Assembly (NCBI RefSeq): GCF_035594765.1
Contig: NC_085846.1
Coordinates: forward strand, 30,491,190 to 30,555,189
Source of the DNA: Anolis carolinensis
Taxonomy: Eukaryota
Length of the DNA: 64,000 nucleotides
Direction of reading: 5' to 3'
Shown: in pieces, positions 13,309 to 26,130 of the stretch
How positions within the stretch are numbered: the first letter of the stretch is position 1
Layout of the letters: each line of letters begins with the position of its first letter
Position numbers and translations under genes: made by a program
The notes under the pieces: generated by a model
What the model was told of the DNA's origin: nothing
Databases searched by the model: none
What the model saw: the letters and a program-made list of their open reading frames with translations, nothing else

Positions 13309-13676
13309 CCTGCCTTCCCCCTAATAGGACCATTCAGTCCACAATATGAAATTGCCAAGCTATAGCAAAGCTGTCGGCAAATGTTTAAGGTGACAAGGGC
13401 AATTATGGGACAACCAGCAATCGCAATGTCTATCTGGAAGGCCTTTTTCTAAAACATTGGTTGTAGAGGGAATTGATATTGCTGTGTGCATGCTGTAGTT
13501 TATGCATGTAGAGAAAGTGGTATAAAGTAAAGAACTGTAAATTATTCCCAGAGGGGTAGTGCTTTGGCTCAAGAAATTTCCAGAGCTTTAATAATGCTGG
13601 TTATAGTGTTTCATTCTCTTTTTGGCATTGTATAACTTTAGATGTTAGTCTTTTATGCTACCATATAGTATTTCTG

Positions 13677-13980
13677 GGAGCTCCTGGTGGCACAGTGGAT
13701 TGAACTGCTGAGCTGCTGAACTTGCTGACTGAAAGGTCAGCGGTTTGAATCTGGGAAGCGGGGTGAGCCCCCACTGTTAACTCCAGCTTCTGCCAACCTA
13801 GCAGTTAGAAAACATGCAAATTTGAGTAGATCAATAGGTACCGCTCCATGCAGTTATGCCGGCCATGTGGCCTTGGAGATGTCTACGGAAAATGCTGACT
13901 CTTCAACTTAGAAATTGAGATGAGCACCAACCCCCAGAGCTGGACACAATTAGACTTAATTTCAGGAGAAAACCTTTACC
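13677..13980 (+). mobile_element. Sauria SINE
   Basis: tRNA head, ctgccaacctagcagtt core, ACCTTT tail; TSD TATAG(T/C)ATTTCTG. Confidence 0.92.
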
Positions 13981-14199
13981 TATAGCATTTCTGACTTCTG
14001 GTTGAATAGCAAAATATACCAGGTGGACAACATGTCAACGTTTTGGCATGGCTCATAGTGAGAGAGAATGGAATTTGTTTACTACTATTGCTGATGATGA
14101 TTATGATGATTATGCTATCATTTGCCAGAAATATTAAAAATTAACTAGGCATTTTTAATTACAAAAATATGAGTCATGCATTGAAAGGGTTAAATAAGC

Positions 14200-14749
14200 T
14201 TGTGTCACCCTGAGGAGAGTGAGTAGGCTGAAGAATGTTTGAGTTAGTGGGCCAAAGCTATTGCCGTCCTGAGGAGTGTGAGAATGCCTCAGTGTGAGGT
14301 AGGCCTCAGTATGAGATGGCTTGGTGTGAGTAAGCTTTGGTGAGAGAAGCCCCAGGTTGAAGGACTCATGTGTGAAGCTCCAGTGTGAAGGCTACTGTGT
14401 TTAAAGCTATTGTGTGACACTCTTGTGTAAGTTTAGTGTGAGAGAAAGCTCTGTGAGAGTGAAGCTGTTTATCTGCATGAGAAAGAAGCCCAGCATGGAA
14501 GCAAAGAAGGAAGTATAAACAACTTTATTTGTGTTATGGAAACCTTGTTTTTGTAAATAATGCAACCATATTATTTTACTATAGAGAAAGGTCTTCTAAG
14601 GAAGACATAATATTAGTCTGTGTGTTCTTGTTCTTTTTATAGCTCTTGGTTACTGGTGCTGGGTCACGCTGCTGCTAATAAGTTACTCTGCTGTATGTTT
14701 ATGGGGAGTGGTTTTTTTTTTTTTTGTTAATAAGCCCACTCGCCCAACA
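14200..14749 (+). repeat. Probable LTR remnant with degenerate 15-20-bp tandem units
   Basis: Repeated aagc…agtgtga units; ends CCCAACA; 5' boundary unclear. Confidence 0.45.
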
Positions 14750-14863
14750 TAATTGACATCTAGCATTAATGTTATTAGTAATTTCAGAATAATTCACAGC
14801 ATAATGATTGTTGAAAGTGCAAGGTGTTACTGAACTGACTCATATTTCCTATTCTCTTAACAG

Positions 14864-14991
14864 AAGAAACGACATTTGAAGCAGGAGTCAAAGTCCAGAT
14901 CCACAGTCAGTCTGAGCCACCCTTTGTTCAGGAGCTTGGGTTTGGCGTGGCACCTGGGTTCCAGACTTTTGTAGCCACGCAAGAGCAAAGG
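14864..14991 (+). CDS. ASIC2: ASIC2 internal coding exon (128 bp): (E)[42 protein letters not shown]
   Basis: Polypyrimidine tract + CAG acceptor at 14861-14863, GTGAGT donor at 14992; translation matches the ASIC2 extracellular domain; phase 1 start, phase 0 end. Confidence 0.96.
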
Positions 14992-17268
14992 GTGAGTCCT
15001 GATTTCTTCACTTATCTTGGCTTTATTTCTTCTAAACCCAGTATTACTGAAGGATCTGATTCAAGCCTAGTTACCTGTGTGCACCCTAAGATTGGACGTT
15101 TTGGGCATACAGCCCACTCTGAATTTTGTGGCCTGTGAATGTTGACTAGAAAGGAACTTAATGTATAAAAATGTGGAACACTCTCAAGTTTTAGATAACT
15201 GGGATCGCCAGAAAAAGAAATACATATTTGAATCCTGCACCATCAAATCTTTTGCCCATACATACATTGCAGTATTAATGGTCCTCAGGCAAACAGGTAA
15301 CATCATTCCAGTTCCAGTTAGGAGCAATTATGTTTGGTGTGAAAATGGTTTAGCTGAAGTGTTACATCTCTCTCTGGATTGAAGGAACCTTTGATAGTAG
15401 TAGTCATGAAAATTGCACATCTGTTGCGAGAAGGAAAGAGAGAATCACATGGCAGCTGGAGATGCAGATGAGATCCATGAGAGGCCTTGACAAGGAACAT
15501 AAGGAAAGGAGGATAAGGGCAGCAGAGAGGAGACTTTTGAGGTGAAGAGAGTGGGAGGAAAGAAGCGTGAAAGAAGGCTATGGTTGATGAGCCTCTAGGA
15601 GGAACATTGAGCTGCTTGGTTAAAAGAAATTGCTACTTTAGCATGCTGATTATTTACAAGATTGTTTGTCACGGCCAGGTAATACCAGTACATGCCAAAC
15701 TGTGCCATTCCACACTGCTGAGCATCCCATCTGAGCCCTGGACTTCTGTGCTGCAAGGCATTTTACTTGGCTTGCATGCTGGTCATTTGGATTAAAAATT
15801 GGCTATTAAGATATATATTTTTTGCCTGTTGGGTTTTGTGTGGGTTTAAAAAATGTGTATCAATATTCAAGAAAGACTGGGAACCCTTCAAACGTTTCCT
15901 GGAAGAAAATAAAATTCCAATCTGGGGATTCATGTTTAAAATGTTAATCTATTACATTATATTCTACTGAAATAAAAATATTATTTATAGACTGACACCC
16001 AGCCCAGGTTTCACAGAGAGGAACAGCTAGAATTTCAAATGAAAAGTGCCATCCATTTTGTAAAGTGTTTATGAATATTGCTATCAAGGCTGTTACTTTA
16101 AACTGATGGGTTAAGGATCATGGTGAAAATGAGAATGTCATTGCTATGCTATAAATCTTAATTGGTTTTATATTGTTTAATGCATACAACCTTCTATGCA
16201 AGAATTCTGAGAACTGCAAGTTTAAAAAGATGCTCAGAATTCTGTGTCTGTAGGGAGAAAGGGTCCGTTTAACTTCTTGTGCTGTTGACCTCCTTATAGT
16301 GTGGATTTTTTTAGGGATGGGATCTGATATTTATTACCCTTCCAGGCTTTTCTTTACTACTATGGTATGAACTAATAGAAGTTGATCCCCTCCTCACTAA
16401 TCAAGAAGCTCTGTAAATTTCTAATCCAGCTAAAACTTAGGAAAAGTATGTTAATGTGTGGGGTTCAATCTGTTATTAAGGCTCTTTGGTACCATGTGCG
16501 ATCACTTATTCACATGGAAAAAACATTTCTGAAGTGAATGAGACCTTTGTCTAGCAACAGGTGAAAATTCAATTTATGTCATTTATATAAGGATTTTCTA
16601 AAATTGCACATTTCTTTCTAGTAGAAAGAATTTGGGATTCAACAAAATGGGAAAACCCAAACAAGTAGATTCGGGTGCACAGCTGTGTGAATTTGATGAT
16701 GAAAAATCTGCTTTTCCAACTTCGATTTGATGGTTCTATGTTACTGCTGAATTGAACACATTTGAAAGGTTCTTCATCTTCTAACTAACATATGCATGGC
16801 AGGAAATGCTATTCATTCTGGGAAGAGTTCCACCTGGCTGGAGCAAGTGGAAAAGATTTTTGTATTAGTTGTTTGAAGAAATTAACAAAATATGCAAATC
16901 TAATCTAGGTGGGAAATAATGGTTTAAAATTGCGATGGCAGGAAAAGGATTTCTGACCAATACCTTGCTATATAGAGAGCTTAGAAAGGGTATTTTTTGA
17001 CCTGCCGCTCCTACAGTCCTCATTGTTATGCTGGCTAGGAGATTCTGGGAGCTGCAGTTCAAATAATAACTTGTCCTAACTCTGATTTCATTCGAAAGCA
17101 ATTTACAAATCCTTGTATTGAGAAAGAAATTAACCAAAATGGTGTAAGCTTTGTAAATAAGTGCCTCTAGTTTCATATGACCACCTTGAACTGAGTAACA
17201 TCTGTGGATTCCTTGCCTTCTTGCCTGGCTTAGAAGAAGACTGAAGCGGGAGTAAGTAGTGTCTGGAC

Positions 17269-17376
17269 CAGGCATGGGCAAACTTCGACTTTCTGGGTGT
17301 TCTGGACTTTCGACTGTTAGGAATTGTGGGAGTTGAAGTCCAGAACACCTGGAGGGCTGAAATTTGCCCATGCCTG
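17269..17376. mobile_element. Palindromic hAT MITE
   Basis: TIR CAGGCATGGGCAAA...TTTGCCCATGCCTG; TSD GTCTGGAC/GTCTAGAC. Confidence 0.9.
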
Positions 17377-18565
17377 GTCTAGACTATGAACTTGCTGACT
17401 GGGAGTATCTGCTGTTTTCTGCTGTCTCCGGCACTGCTTGTCCTCATTATTAATGGGGCGGATACAAAGTGTCACCCACACAATGGCTGTGCATGACTTT
17501 CCCTAGCCAGATATTTCATCCACCACCTACAGACCCAAACAAACCTGCCTGCATGGCAAAGAAATCTCAGGCAATATTTATGAACAATTTTGTCAGGTTA
17601 CACAGGTGCGACTGCTCCAAGGAACAAGACAACTATGAAGGCAAAGTCTTCTGTTCAAAATCCTATTCTCTAGGATCAATATGGTATGATTTGTTGGCAC
17701 TGTGTTCTTATGGAAGGAATCGCTGTGGCTAGAAAACGCTTTCTTCCAGAGCTCAGATTCTCCTCATTACATTGCCCAAGGCGGGCATGTTAAAGAATAT
17801 GAAGCAATCCCTAAAACACCCATTTCTGCCAATTTGGCCATAAAACTTTAAGAGCCTTCAATTATGCAACAGGTTAGCGATGCTATGGTAATATTAGGTA
17901 GGATGGCTGAATTGTGCCTCAGAGACTCGTCCCGTGAAATGTTCGCGCAGGGTGAAGAGAAAGGAGCCATGAAATCATAAGACAAAAGCATCTCTGGATG
18001 CTGGGGCCTTGTTTCCTTTAAAAAAAGAATAGATATTCAATTCTCCCCCCCCCCCCCACCCCACCCGATCCAAAGAAAGCCAGATGTAATGTGCAGGACT
18101 GTCCTTTGACAGATGGGTCTCCTAAGAACAGAGATATCTGGTGGAGGAAGGAACAGGAACAGAAACAGAACTGTCAGAGCTTGTAAAAGTTCCTTTGAGG
18201 GATGGCAGCTGCTGGATTCTTCACCTCCCATCCGCCAGCATGGTCAGCAGTTGTTGTCCAGTAAATTAGCTCTTCCAAGCTTCTCACAGAGACTGCAGAA
18301 TCAGAAAGAACAATGGATGACTGCGTGTTGAATGAGTGGAGAAAGAGGTGTTTAAAAAAATTCTAACAGGCAGAAATGGGAGGGAGATCCTGTCAGTTAC
18401 ATTTTTGCAACCACTCCCTTCACTGCCCATTTAACTATTGTTGATGAGTGCCTTCAAGTCCTTGCTGACTTACAGTGACCCAAAGAGTTATCTTGGCAAA
18501 ATTTTGCTTTTGCCTTCTTCTGGGCCTGAGAGAATGTGACATATCCAATGTGGGTTTCTGTGACC

Positions 18566-18740
18566 TGAGCTCCCTCTGTCAGGTCCAGCTCCTCATATGG
18601 GGACATAAGAGAAGCCTCCCACGAGGATGGTAAAACATTGAACATCCAGGCATCCCATGGGCACTGTCCTTGCAGACGGCCAATTCTCTCGCATCAGAAG
18701 CAACTTGCAGTTTCTCAAGTGGCTCTGACATGAAAAAAAA
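18566..18740 (+). mobile_element. 5'-truncated Vingi-partner SINE
   Basis: Body and A-tail of the 60172 family. Confidence 0.85.
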
Positions 18741-19765
18741 TCACACTAGTTGAGAATCTCCTAAAATTAGACCACTGCAGCATTGGGGGAACAGTGAGAT
18801 GTCAATCTTGAAAGGTATCCCAAAAAGGAAAAAAGACAATCTTCTTTGCACACAGAAACCAAGCCTGAGTCCATCTCTCAGGCAAGAAATATTTGAATCT
18901 ATAGGGAGATATCGGAGCCTGGGGAAAACTCTCAAACATACATTTGCCACCTTACAGCCTGGGATGTTTCAATACCAGGAAAGCTTTTCCACCTTCAATT
19001 CCATCCACTATGTGAACTAGTTGAACAGCCTAACCAATTTCCTTAACACATGATATTAAATCCCCCATAGAAAAAAGAGGTGTGAAGGGAGCAAATTCAA
19101 AAGAACAGTATAAGCGGCCCTCCTGGGGAGACAGTTTTGTAGAGAAATAAAACTTGCTTCTGGTTGCTTGGCACCGGAACCAATGGCAGCCTGAGTGACA
19201 AGCTGCAAGTGGCATGAGGCACACTTTTGGCCGTCTTAAAATTGTTGAAGCAATCCTGTTTCTGTGATCCTTTCCATGTCTCATTAATGTGCACAAGTTT
19301 CTTACTGTTATTTTATTTTGAAACTATCTTTGCACAGGCAAACAGCTCTTTTCTGTGGCCCAGCCATGGCAGCATGCTGAAGACAGTGTGGTTGCTAGCT
19401 TCCCTTTCATTGCACCTGCTACTAAATCTTATTTCTAATCTCTACTAGATCAGAACCATAAAATCAATTTACCTATGTGTTGAAACACTATTCAAACCCT
19501 GATTCAGTGGGTTTACTTGGAATTATCCAATAGGATTCCAGCCATAGTTTTGCCAAGAGTGCCCCAAAGTATTTTACTACTTGCCACTAAGTACCAAATG
19601 GCACCATCACACTCCATCACACACAAAATGGCACCATCATACTCAAACTAACCACACTTCTTCCTAAATTCTTCCTAAATTCAAGTCAACTAAGATTATG
19701 AGAAGTAGAATCCTCCATAATCACCTCTCTCCATTCCAGCTAGTGAATAATAATAAAGTAACATA

Positions 19766-20073
19766 CAATAGAGTCTCACTTATCCAAGCCTCTGGATTAT
19801 CCAAGCCATTTTTGCAGTCAATGTTTTCAATATATCATGATATTTTGGTGCTAAATTCGTAAATACAGTAATTACAACATAACATTACTGCTTATTGAAC
19901 TACTTTTTCTGTCAAATTTGTTGTATAACATGATGTTTTGGTGCTTAGTTTGTACAATCATAACCTAATTTGATGTTTAATAGGCTTTTCTTTAATCCCT
20001 TCTTATTATCCAAGATATTTGCTTATCCAAGCTTCTGCCGGCCCGTTTAGCTTGAATAAGTGAGATTCTACTG
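19766..20073. mobile_element. Tc1/mariner (pogo/Tigger-type) MITE
   Basis: TIRs CA(A/G)TAGA(G/A)TCTCACTTAT(C/T)CAAG; TA TSD on both sides. Confidence 0.9.
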
Positions 20074-20075
20074 TA

Positions 20076-20258
20076 TTGGGTTGTTGTGAGTTTTCCGGGC
20101 TGTATAGCCATGTTCCAGAAGCAGACCTCACAACCTCTGAGAATGGCTGCCATAGAAGTGGGCAAATTGTCAGGAGAGAATGCTTCTGGAACATGGCCAT
20201 ACAGCCCAAAAAACTCACAGCAACCCAATGATTCTGGCCATGAAAGCCTTCGACAACA
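20076..20258 (+). mobile_element. Penelope-like element terminal fragment with inverted arm
   Basis: ggccatacagccc…actcacagcaaccca…catgaaagccttcgacaa; 20076-20123 is the inverted copy of ~20180-20228. Confidence 0.8.
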
Positions 20259-20884
20259 CAAATAACATATTTCTATGGGAAGGGGTGGTTGCTGTCATTG
20301 TGACACCTTCAGCGGTGGCTCATGGTCCTCAGTTCATTTGAGAGGCAGGGTGCCCACCCCTGGAGTTTCTCACTCTTGAGAGCAGCAGGGTGCAACATAA
20401 CAATGTAAATAAAATCTTTGGCAGGGAGAGAAACTCAGTAGGAAGCCGCTAAACAGGCTGGGACCACCACTTATTCATTGCTGTAATTTAGTTTCAGTAA
20501 TCTTTTTCTCATCCATTCTCTTATTTCATCTTCCCACAAAACTCAAGTAATAGTAGGTTGGAGTTGAAAATTCTCAAGAGTCTTTTTCAGCCATCTGAAG
20601 TTTGATTTGCAAGGAACAATTCAATTTCATTTGTAGTAGGAATCATATTGATGCACTGTATTAGCCATCATCCTTTTTTCTAGCCAGTCCTAGTGCTTGA
20701 AGGCAGACAGAATCTGCTGCCTCTAAGCAGTCTATGTCTCCAATGGCTGTCTGCAATCACAGCCACAGCATCTTCAACCTTTTCTCTCCTTCATCTGCTG
20801 CCTGCGCTTCCATGGTTTCCCCTGCATAGTACACCAACAGACTCTTGGCCATGATCTGTTTTATCACATCTGATTCATTCCTTT

Positions 20885-21596
20885 TGTTGCACTCTAGCCT
20901 TGAGACATCTTTTCACCCGGCACCATACTAGAGTTCAGCAATAACTAACTTATTATTTTGTACATGTTTATTAAGCAAAACATGTACAAAAGGGGAAAAG
21001 GGCATTTTCCAAAAAGCAGTAGAAAAGGAGCTATAAAATAGTAGTAATCCATATACAAAAGATCAGTAGTCCAAAATAGCAAGGTATATGAAATCAAGGA
21101 AGTCAAGATCATAGGTTATAAAACAATAAGCATGAAAACAGGAACTTTTTCCAAGGCAAAACTCTTTTGGGAACATAGGCAAACACAGGATACTTGAATC
21201 ATGAGCTTAAGAACCTAAACAAGAACTTGAATCTATGGGAACGTTGTCAGCTCAGAAGACACCAAGTAAACATCACTTAATTTAAGTTCAGGCCTGACCA
21301 AGAAGCCACGAGATCATGCCTCTGACACCTATGTTTCAAGGACTTCCCACAGTCTTTCTGAATGCCTAATTAATCCATCCTTCACTCCTCATCTTTTGAA
21401 GGCTGATTCCCAAGAGAAACAGACTTTCCCCCTGTTGCTAAGGAATGACCATTTGAATCCATAATATCCTCTATCTCGCTCTGATCTAAGGCCTGCAATT
21501 CACCCCGATCACATACAGACTCCTCAGTGGGAAACCCATCATCCCCCTTGTCTTCTGAGAACTCCCAAGCAAGCATTCTGCTGCTGAGCCCCAACA
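20885..21596 (-). mobile_element. Solo LTR (Gypsy-like)
   Basis: TGTTG...CAACA termini; 5-bp TSD CCTTT/ACTTT; AATAAA on the minus strand near 20967-20972. Confidence 0.75.
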
Positions 21597-21699
21597 ACTT
21601 TTGTCTCAAGAGCGCAAGCTAACAATCTTGTGAGGAATGCTAGGCGGATAGATAGTGATAGCGCAGTTACCTAGTAAGCATCATGGCTGAGTGGGGGAT

Positions 21700-21880
21700 A
21701 TTTATTTATTTATTTATTTACTTACTTACTTACTATATTTATACAGCACCCTTCTCACCCCAAAGGGCACTCACAAGTGAGCAACAATTTGATGCAACAC
21801 AAATACATACAGATAAAATACACAAATACATAAAAAACCAAAAAGTTAAAAACATCAAACATACTTTAAATATTTTACCA
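21700..21880 (-). mobile_element. L2-type 3' tail fragment
   Basis: (TTTA)n followed by cacccttctcaccccaaagggcactca. Confidence 0.55.
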
Positions 21881-22832
21881 AAGCATATGGCCTTGATTTT
21901 ATAGACCCCCCCTCTTGTTGGAATGGAGAGTTGCATACCTCCCAATTTTCCCAACTTGACAGGCACAGTCCTGATTAATCCTACATTATCCTACTTTTTC
22001 ATTTGCCCTTAAAATGTTCCCCATTCTCCATCTTCACACTTTGCCTCTTCATCCTTATCTTACTTTAGCTGCTGCAAACTAAATTCGAAGTGCAAAAGTA
22101 ATTTGTATTCAATTAACACAGCAGGAGGAGAGGACAAGAGGGTGGAATCTTGCTCTTCCCTGTAGATACAAGCAAAAGCAAACCACTGCTGCCCTTCCAA
22201 GACTGTGTGTTCTGTCTCATTAATACTTTTCCCCCTCTTGGCCACACTATGATGTTGCTTCACCACAAATGTTGTTTGATTTACACAATGACTCTGCAAA
22301 AAAAAAAAAAAAAAACAGAGGAGGGGAAAATCTAAATGCATCCAGTGACTACAGGCACAGGGAATGTTGGAAAGCTCCAGCTGCCCAGCCAATCCACGCA
22401 ATATTCACCTTTGGGATGTATTTCCAGGGCCAGCATGTGCCTCCATTGACAGCCAGAGCTTTGTAACACTTTCCAAGACTATGGCAGCTGGATACATTTG
22501 TATGCTTCTTTCCCCTAGTATCTGCTTTTTGTAGAAGCTTTGTGAAAGTGAAGCCTCTATCAAATTTCTGACAGTGGAGTGACAGGTCCTTGAGAGAAAC
22601 TCACGGGCACTGGATATGTAGCTAGCCCTCTTTCTCCATCACTCATTCACTATGTATTTCAAAAACCAAAACTCTGATCCAAATAATTTCAGATAAGGTA
22701 GACTCAACCTGTACTCTCTGAGTTTTAGAATAAGGCAATGGCAAATCCTTTTCAAACAAATGTTGCCAAGAAAACCTATGAAGAGTTTCACTTTAGGATC
22801 ACTGTGTTGGAAATGAGTTGAAAGCATACAAT

Positions 22833-22872
<40 letters not shown>

Positions 22873-22873
22873 C
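22833..22873. repeat. (AAC)n microsatellite
   Basis: Direct reading. Confidence 0.95.
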
Positions 22874-25721
22874 GTACACAGAAAGTAACTTTTCTAAGCT
22901 TTATTGCCTAAAACCTATTTTTTATTTACCCTGACAGTGAAAAGCTTTTGCTGATTATAAGTACATTCCTCAGAGGTCAGGAGGAGATGGAAGAACTTGG
23001 ACAGTCTGTAGGGAGGGTGGTTTTGTTCTCTGTGTGCAATCACACCTGAAATGCAGATCTTGGCCAAGCAAGCTAGCAGCTTTGAGGAAATGAAGCATCC
23101 CTTCTTCCTAATCTTCTTTTCGGCATTGCTTGTTTAAGATGCTGCTAATGGAGACATGCTTGGGTGATAATACGATTGCTTGAGACATGACAAGGGAGAC
23201 GGGGAGGCCCATTGATTGGAACACAATGGCAAAAGCAAAGTCATCATTTGAAGGGATTTGCAGTATCATCATTCTCCCTGTCTGCATGGCCAGCCACCAG
23301 GGAAGAGAAGCTGCCTGCCTTGGAAGCTAAGCAGTGAAACCCACACACATAGAAAGACCTCTTACCTTTGAAAGTTTTTACTCTTAAGAGACCAATATAT
23401 ATAGGCAAGGAAAGAGAGTTAGGACTCCGTACTTTCACAAGTAGAGGCATGGCCAATAAGCAAGATTCTCACTAAAATCAAGGCCAGACCCTCCAGTTAG
23501 ACAAAATGAGTCCATTTCTTATTTCGGTTCGATGTGGCAGATTCTCTCAGATGGTCCCTTGCCAGCCTCTCTCTCTGGAAGGACAAAGCGGTGTGTTTGC
23601 CACATAGTCTGGTCTACACCGCCAAACTAGCTTGCTGCCGTCAGGTATGATGGCCTCAACCATGTCTCATTGGAGGATGATAGAGTTGCCAAGTTGGTCA
23701 AGCTGCGTAGATGTTGGCAAAATACCTTTGAATGCTTCATCTCCAACAAAATCACCTTTTGCAAGCAATACAGACTTGTTTGTTGTCCCACAAATGTAAT
23801 CATTTCTGGGTTTTAGTAGATCTTGTTGGCTCTATAGTATTAAAGGACGATTATAACCCATCCGTTTCTATCCAGATTATAAGACAACCATTTGTATCCA
23901 AATAGAGCTTCTCTATTCTACTCTGGACAAAACACATGTTTTGAACCTTGACCCTGGTACCTTTCCTGGTTTGCACATTGGAATCAGTAAACTAAAGAGT
24001 GTGGCTAAGAAAATACAGTTAGGAGGTGGAAGAAAGGCAATCTAGACAAAGGGTTTTGGTAGGGCAAGTATGAAATGGGATTTTTAAATATTCATGTTGT
24101 TGCATCTTTATCTCCCATGATCAGCACAGGAATGTGGTGGGAGATGAAAACTCAATGACATTTTTTAGTTTTTATTGTGGTAAGGCTTTTTAATTCAGGC
24201 ATTTAACTGAAATTTAAAAGGCAATTCAACTTAAAACGTAACAGTCCGGTTTTTAACTCATCCATTTAACTTACACTTAAATGGCAATTTAACTCAAACT
24301 TAACAGTTAAGTTTTTATACTTTCTAATTTAAATTCACTCGAATTAATGATTAATTAAACATGTTAACCCTTTCCAACTTAGATCTCATACTTGGAGAAA
24401 GATAGGATCTTAATTAATTCATTAACTTTCCTATTTCTGTCACTGACACCCGTGTCTCAACTATTTGGTCAACCTCCTTTCAATCACTCTGTCCTTACCT
24501 GCTCTGATTTGTTGAGTGCCCACAACTAACCAGATGTTACTGAGGATGCTAAGTCAAGCAGATGGTGGGTGGTATAAAGGGGGCAGCAATGGTAGCTATT
24601 CCTGTCTATTCCTGTTTGTTGAAGTTTTCCAGATAATCTACTCCATAGCTATCTCCTTTACTTTCCCTCAATCTGGTAGAAGGTGCCTTTTCATCATTAC
24701 TGCTAAAGTAAGATTCAATTTGGCAGTCTGGGCAGCTACTATAGGTAAAAAGTAAAGGCACCATTTTGTTATTTGCCTCAAGGAGCAAAATGTCTTCTGT
24801 TTACCCTACCAAAGTTTTATAACTTTTGCATTTGAGGCTTATCCTTGTGGACTATTTGGGACTGGGTGTGTGTACTGAGGCTTTACAGCTTCTTTCAGGC
24901 ATGGAAGAGATATGGGTAGGGGTTATGCAGTATCAGGTCCTGTGGTTCGTAAGCTATTTAAAATCTCTGGCTTGGCCATAGGAGGTCACAGAGTATGACC
25001 AGCTGAGAAGCATCCCCTGTCCTTTGGGGTCCTGTTTTGCACTTCAGGTTCCAATTCCAACAGCTGTCCTCAGGCCAACTGAAAGTCTGGAATTTGATGC
25101 ACCCCTTTCAAGAGTGTGTGCATGCATTCTGCTGCAGAAAAGGCAACCCCATTCTTTCTATTAGCAGCAACCAAGGAGATAATTAAGCATTCTGTTTGTG
25201 TGTTTCCCAAAGACATCCGGTTGGCTTGGAGCAACATGGCTCAAAGCCAAGGCTGGCTAAGCAGGAAACCCTGAAACTGAATACGTGATCCTGCCACCAT
25301 TTTCAATCCCATCACCTATGTTGCAGATTCACATTTAAACAACCCTAAAGACGTGTGTGGCAGTGGAACTGTAGCAGACGCTGAGGTCACAAGAGATGAC
25401 GATTATTTATTCCCCTTTATCATGCCATCTGCAACATATGGGTGTCTTTCCTCTCTCCAGATGACTAAATGGTGGCAGATGCCACATTGTTATCTTAGCA
25501 GGGGAAAGCAAATGATGCATGGAAGCCCATGGATGGTATTTTGTCACTGTCATAAAAGAAATTCCGGATAGTTCCATTTAAGAGAGATATCACAATAACA
25601 CTTCAGACTCTGCTCCTTCACTTAACATGGCTGTTCCAACCAGATGCCTGAGGAGGATGGAGTATTGTTCCATTTACTTTGACATGGTGTTTCCTCCTCT
25701 ATTGATTTGGCACATTTAAAG

Positions 25722-26093
25722 GTGGGAGGAAGTAACTCTTTAAATAGATTGCGTGGGCAGTGGAGACCAACTTCCTGCTGCCAGGAACCTACAAGGAAAG
25801 ATAGATACAATAGGTTTGGGGTAACCAAAGGCCACAACTTGTTTATTGGTTACAATGAGAAACAGGGTTGGCAGTCATGCATGGGTCCTGGATCAGGAAT
25901 CGGACAGCCCGATGCGGCTGATCCAGACGTAGGCTGGAGCTAACTTGACTGGCTGCACAGCCAAGCGTGCCAAAAAGCACAGGGCGCGGGGGCTCCTGGG
26001 AAGGAGAACCCCAAAGAGAGGATGGCGGGTGAGGTGCGCCAGCTGCCGCAACCTCCCTGCCTGGTAAGTCGGACAGGGCGTAATCTCTCCCAC
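25722..26093 (-). mobile_element. Unclassified CpG-rich LTR-like or TIR element
   Basis: GTGGGAG...CTCCCAC ends flanked by AAAG on both sides; minus-strand AATAAA; several hairpins. Confidence 0.5.
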
Positions 26094-26130
26094 AAAGCTC
26101 TAAGTGCCTGCCATCAAGAATTTAAACATT

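Noticed and set aside
14280-14460. CRISPR-like array
   Set aside because: Eukaryotic context; the units are degenerate with no unique spacers.
1-14863. Upstream ASIC2 exons
   Set aside because: I found no match to the preceding GKCY…GLEIMLDIQ exon; it probably lies upstream of the window.
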